A stretch of DNA of 32,000 nucleotides, from the NCBI RefSeq assembly GCF_000039765.1, contig NC_004459.3:2481127-2513126 (forward strand), written 5' to 3'. Position 1 is the stretch's first letter; the number at the start of each line of letters is the position of its first letter. The notes beneath the pieces were generated by a model. The model was not told where the DNA came from, ran no database searches, and saw only the letters and a list, made by a program, of their open reading frames with translations. The DNA is from Vibrio vulnificus CMCP6 (GTDB lineage Bacteria; Pseudomonadota; Gammaproteobacteria; Enterobacterales; Vibrionaceae). This document shows, one piece after another, positions 28,156 to 32,000 of the stretch. The position numbers and the translations under genes are program-made.

Positions 28156-28167
28156 ACCCCTTAACGC
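28156..28167 (+). repeat. attR core direct repeat ACCCCTTAACGC
   Basis: Matches 20285-20296; followed by GGCGTTAGCT = missing attC end. Confidence 0.9.
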
Positions 28168-28203
28168 GGCGTTAGCTTACACATTAGATTCAAAGGATGA
28201 AAA

Positions 28204-28671
28204 TTGAAAATTAGAGAAGCTCAAGCATCAGATATAGATTCGCTTTTACGTCTAAATTATCAGATTGGAGTCATGCACTTTGAGAATGCACCAGAAGCAT
28301 TTGTTGAACCATCGTTTGAAGAAAAAGAGTTTCTCCTTCGCACTATAAATGATCAATCAAATCTCTTTCTGGTTGCAGACGTTAATAGTGATGTTGTTGG
28401 TTTTTTGACTGCTACTGTTACTCAAAATGAAGCTATTCCATTCTTAGTTAAAACGCCTATTTGTCGTGTTAGCACAATCGTAGTCGATGAAAAAGCGAGA
28501 GTTTCAGGTATTGGTTCTCAGCTTATGGCTCATTGTAACGACTGGGCTAGATCTCAAGGTGCAGAGCAAATTAGACTTGAGGTAATGGCTTTCAATAAGC
28601 ATGCGCAAAGCTTCTATGCGAAATTGGGTTTTCAAGAGCAGTCAAAAACAATGTGGAAAAATGTAAGCTAA
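28204..28671 (+). CDS. GNAT family N-acetyltransferase
   Basis: STIVVDEKARVSGIGSQLMAHCNDWARSQGAEQIRLEVMAFNKHAQSFYAKLGFQEQSKTMWK. Confidence 0.95.
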   Translation: MKIREAQASDIDSLLRLNYQIGVMHFENAPEAFVEPSFEEKEFLLRTINDQSNLFLVADVNSDVVGFLTATVTQNEAIPFLVKTPICRVSTIVVDEKARVSGIGSQLMAHCNDWARSQGAEQIRLEVMAFNKHAQSFYAKLGFQEQSKTMWKNVS

Positions 28672-28791
28672 CAAGGCGTTTAAGAGGGATTCATGCCGCG
28701 TGGCATTTTTGGTTTGCAGTGATTTTTGTGGTGAAAGTGGTCTGCGGTAAGTTCGTTTAGGCGGCACTCACCCCTTAACGCGGCGTTATAC
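28666..28791 (+). repeat. attC site
   Basis: AGCTAAC ... GTTATAC. Confidence 0.95.
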
Positions 28792-29134
28792 TTAATCATG
28801 TAAAATCAGTGGTTTATGGTTTTCTTTGCTCCCTCGGCTGGTTGGTTTCGAGTTTTTCGGCAAGTTGGCTTCGGTGGGCGCTATTTTCGGGACACTTATT
28901 CTTTGGCGCTGGAAATTCAGAAGGTTGCCTCAATCAGTTTTCAGGTAAGTGCGAGGTTAAGGTGACTGGCTCAATCAGCAATTTGATCTTAGGTTTTTGA
29001 GTTTTAGCGGCCAAATTTCAAAGTCCGATGTTTAAAACTATGAGTCTTTTCGGTTTTTTACGTTTTGGCTTTTGTTTGTAAATCAAAGTCGAGTTAATCT
29101 TGGTTCTAGTAAAACTTAAACCATTGAAGCTTAA
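28786..29134 (+). other. Non-coding cassette body, family A
   Basis: Similar to 10411-10767. Confidence 0.8.
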
Positions 29135-29261
29135 GCATAACAAGGCGTTCAAGCGGGATTCATGCCGCGTGGCATTTTTGGCATGCGGCAATTTTTTGTG
29201 GTGAAAGTGGTCTGCGGGAAGTTAGTTTGTGCGGCATTCACCCCTTAACGCGGCGTTAGTT
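29135..29261 (+). repeat. attC site
   Basis: GCATAAC ... GTTAGTT. Confidence 0.95.
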
Positions 29262-29743
29262 TGCAAGAGGAAAAATGCAGCTATATCGCAAGATCTAGTG
29301 TAAAGGCTCAAAGTTGAAATTGTCGTATTGGCGTTCAATTTCAGTGTTAATTAGCGTGGTAAAAATCCAAAATTGGCATCGTTTCAAGGGTAAATTTGTT
29401 CTTTGGTGTTGTGAGTTTGGGGTCATTGAGTCGAACTTTTTTGCTGAAACTCTGCTCTGTGAGTTTGTTGGTACAAAAGCCGATTTACTTGCTGAAAGGA
29501 TGCTTTCTCAGGTGTGGCAAGTTCACGTGGTTTCAGTGACTTTGTTGAAAGTCCGCATTGTGAGATTGGTTTTCTAAAAGCGCTTTTTGGTGTTGTGAGT
29601 TCGTTTTCTGCGGCGTTGTTTGTTCCACGTGGTTTCATTGACTAGCCGCTTTGAGACGAAGCCTGACTTAGGTGCATCAAAGCACATAAAGTTTATTGTT
29701 CGCAAAGTTTAAAACAACGTAAAATCAACCTTTTGGGTCTGCA
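29256..29743 (+). other. Non-coding cassette body, distantly related to family B
   Basis: Shares GCTTTTTGGTGTTGT...TTTTCTRCGGCGTTG...GTTCCA.GTGGTTTCA with family B. Confidence 0.6.
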
Positions 29744-29869
29744 AACTAACAAACTGCTCAAGAGGGATTCACAACGCGTGGCATTTTTACTATGCGTTGA
29801 TTTTAGTGATTAAGGTGGTATGCGGCGGCTTTGGTATTGCGTTGCTCACCCCTTAGCAGGGCGTTATAT
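29744..29869 (+). repeat. attC site
   Basis: AACTAAC ... GTTATAT. Confidence 0.95.
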
Positions 29870-29882
29870 TTTTTGGTGAAAT

Positions 29883-30457
29883 ATGTTTGATAGTATTGAA
29901 GTTTGTAGTACTTGGCAGTGCGTGAATAGTTTCTCATCGTGGTTCTCTGCTATTGTATCTCCAATAATTGCTTTTTTGTCTCTTTACATTTCGTTCAAGG
30001 CTTACACTTATGCAAAAGAAAAGATAAGCCTAAGATTGATGTAGACATGAATTACTGCTTTGTTAATGTTTCTAGTGGTGACGGTTTGGCTTTGGCTTTG
30101 AACGTTAAAAATACTGGATTGCGCAAAGTAACAATCAATTCATACGCGTGGAAATATAAGCTTCCAAGATCTTTACCAATCTCAATTTCGACCTTTCATA
30201 TGCAAAATGAGCTAAACTCTTTATCCACCTCTTTGCCAGCAAAGTTAGAAGAGGGGGAAAAAGCAGTGTTTCTCAATAAATATGATGTGTTAAGTAGTGC
30301 AGGATTCCTAAATAATCATAATAAATTTATGGCGTGGCTTGCTGTACAACGTATGAAGGTCCAAATCGATTGCACAACCTTTGAGTATGAAATCCCATTG
30401 CCTAGACCTCAAAAACAGGATCTCTGGAGAGCTTACTTGGAAGCAAAAAAAATATAA
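29883..30457 (+). pseudogene. Probable frameshifted membrane-anchored hypothetical protein (frame 1: 29883-30044; frame 2: continues to 30457)
   Basis: N-terminal TM segment MFDSIEVC...IVSPIIAFLSLYISFKAYTYAKEKISLR ends at TAG; downstream frame continues KIDVDMNYCFVNVSSGDGLALALNVKN... Confidence 0.55.
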
Positions 30458-30577
30458 CAAATTGTTCAAGAGTGATTCGGCACGCGTGGCATTTTTACTA
30501 TGCGTTAGTTTTAGTGGTTAAGGTGGTATGCGGGAGCTTCGGTATTGCGTGCCTCACACCTTAACAAGGCGTTAACT
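30452..30577 (+). repeat. attC site
   Basis: ATATAAC ... GTTAACT. Confidence 0.95.
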
Positions 30578-30918
30578 GGCGCAGAAAATACGAAAGCACA
30601 TTGATACGGTTTCTAGGTTCGGAGGTTTAGCGTGTTCGGTCGGTTTCCTTAGCTGAGGTAATGCGACTAATTTCAGTTTGGTACTTAAGTTTACTGATGT
30701 GAAAGGCGGCATAAAGCCTTCTAATAATATAAGGCGTTCGCGATTAGTTCGGCGCACTTACATCGCCGAAGTATGGTGTTGTGAGACGCATTTCAAACTA
30801 AAGATCAACGGTATTTTTTTTGTTAAACACATATTTGAGTTAGCTTTGCTAATCATTAATTAGCAAAACGAGCTTTGGCGAAAGTGGCTGAAAAATCGGC
30901 GAAAACTGAAAGGCGCTC
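30572..30918 (+). other. Cassette body without convincing ORF; contains hairpin at 30845-30867
   Basis: TTTGCTAAT-CATTA-ATTAGCAAA. Confidence 0.55.
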
Positions 30919-31044
30919 AGTTAACAAACTGTTCAAGAGGGATTCGCAACGCGTGGCATCTTCACTATGCGTTGGTTTAAGTGATTAAGGTGGTATGCGG
31001 CGGCATTGGTATTGCGTTGCTCACCCCTTAACAGGGCGTTATGT
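30919..31044 (+). repeat. attC site
   Basis: AGTTAAC ... GTTATGT. Confidence 0.95.
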
Positions 31045-31067
31045 ACTTTATTGGAATATTGAACTTT

Positions 31068-31664
31068 ATGGATGATAGCTTAGCAACTTGGCGTCAATAC
31101 TACGAAAAATCATTGTTACGCCCCCACAATTCGCGCACTGAAATCGCAATTGAGTTGAATCAGTCTGGACTGCAAACCGCTGTCGATTGCGGTTGTGGAA
31201 CGGGAAGTGAGATAGCGTATCTAGAGCAGCAAGGTTATCAGGTGTATGGCTTTGATATTAACCCAGACTCTGTTGCGATATGTTCTGAAAGGTTTAGTTC
31301 CAAACCACTGGTTAAACTTTCAGAGTGTTCATTTGAGTCTTTCAAATATCCTTCTGCTGGTATAGTGATAGCAAACTCAAGTTTGTTCTTTGCTGACCCG
31401 CTAGAGTTTAAAAATACATGGCGTAAAATTGCCTCTTCTATTGCGGTTGGTGGTGTCTTTGTCGGTGATTTTATGGGGCCCAGAGATAGTTGGGCAACGA
31501 ATTATCGTTTACCTACGGCGCCGTTGAGTAAAAAACAAGTTGAGCTCTTGTTTAAAGAGTTTGAAATAGTCAGTTTCAAAGAGCGTGATGAGCCTGGCGC
31601 AACAAGGATTGGATATCCTAAGCATTGGCATATCTTTTCAGTGATTGCCGTAAAACGTACATAA
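31068..31664 (+). CDS. Class I SAM-dependent methyltransferase (alternative start 31041)
   Basis: TAVDCGCGTGSEIAYLEQQGYQVYGFDINPDSV motif I/II. Confidence 0.93.
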   Translation: MDDSLATWRQYYEKSLLRPHNSRTEIAIELNQSGLQTAVDCGCGTGSEIAYLEQQGYQVYGFDINPDSVAICSERFSSKPLVKLSECSFESFKYPSAGIVIANSSLFFADPLEFKNTWRKIASSIAVGGVFVGDFMGPRDSWATNYRLPTAPLSKKQVELLFKEFEIVSFKERDEPGATRIGYPKHWHIFSVIAVKRT

Positions 31665-31785
31665 CAAGGCGTTCAAGAGGGATTCATGCCGCGTGGCATT
31701 TTTAGTATGCGGTTAGTTTTAGTGGTGAAAGTGGTTTGCAGAAAGCTGGTTTAAGCGGCATTCACCCCTTAACGCAGCGTTATGC
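31659..31785 (+). repeat. attC site
   Basis: ACATAAC ... GTTATGC. Confidence 0.95.
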
Positions 31786-31824
31786 TTACAATCAAATTTT
31801 TATTAACTAAGGTTGTTTAACAAT

Positions 31825-32000
31825 ATGAAAAATATAGCAATACTGACACTATCTTCTCTAATGCTCTTTTCTTCTTACACTTTTGCTAGAGATGATATTG
31901 GCTCATATTCCATAGAAAACGCTCTGAGCTCAGAGGCCGCAAAAAACAAGCTAGGTACAGATGTAAAGTTTTACTTTGGAGAACAGAAATTTCCTAAAGT
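31825..32000 (+). CDS. Exported hypothetical protein, truncated by window end
   Basis: Signal peptide MKNIAILTLSSLMLFSSYTFA followed by RDDIGSYSIENAL... Confidence 0.7.
   Translation, partial: MKNIAILTLSSLMLFSSYTFARDDIGSYSIENALSSEAAKNKLGTDVKFYFGEQKFPK

Larger units (their letters stand above)
20297..28167 (+). mobile_element. Integrative element (~7.87 kb) inserted within attC: int - alpA-like - small ORF - HUH rep - large nuclease/STAND cargo
   Basis: Split attC, 12-bp direct repeat at both ends, integrase adjacent to left end, loss of attC periodicity across the region. Confidence 0.9.

Noticed and set aside
20297-28167. Identification as a V. cholerae PLE
   Set aside because: The PLE integrase is a large serine recombinase; here it is a tyrosine recombinase with an HUH rep, and gene content does not resemble PLE.
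450-31785. CRISPR array interpretation of the regularly recurring repeats
   Set aside because: Repeats are ~125 bp with R''/L''-L'/R' architecture and spacing of hundreds of bp, and are typical of integron attC sites.

Overview
This window is a stretch of Vibrio-type chromosomal (super)integron cassette array. I delimit 36 complete attC sites (VCR-like, ~125-128 bp), one partial attC at the left edge and one attC split by an insertion. Together they bound 37 complete cassettes and one partial cassette, all in + orientation. Cassette products include six GNAT acetyltransferases, an Mrr-like restriction endonuclease, a Cass2/GyrI-like effector-binding protein, a VOC protein, a SAM methyltransferase, a putative OGG/HhH-type protein, a possible HEPN protein and several unknowns. 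About 15 cassettes have no convincing ORF, and most of these fall into recurring sequence families. Two identical 1,091-bp IS30-family copies sit at exactly the same position and orientation relative to two different attC sites. The most interesting feature is a 7,871-bp integrative element (about 20285-28167). It carries a tyrosine recombinase, an AlpA-like HTH protein, an HUH (GpA-like) replication protein and a 1,256-aa putative nuclease-STAND NTPase. It is inserted inside an attC and flanked by a 12-bp direct repeat, ACCCCTTAACGC, which is the conserved 3' arm of attC. I interpret it as an attC-targeting satellite/IME-like island with a candidate anti-phage cargo gene. The integron integrase gene is not in the window.
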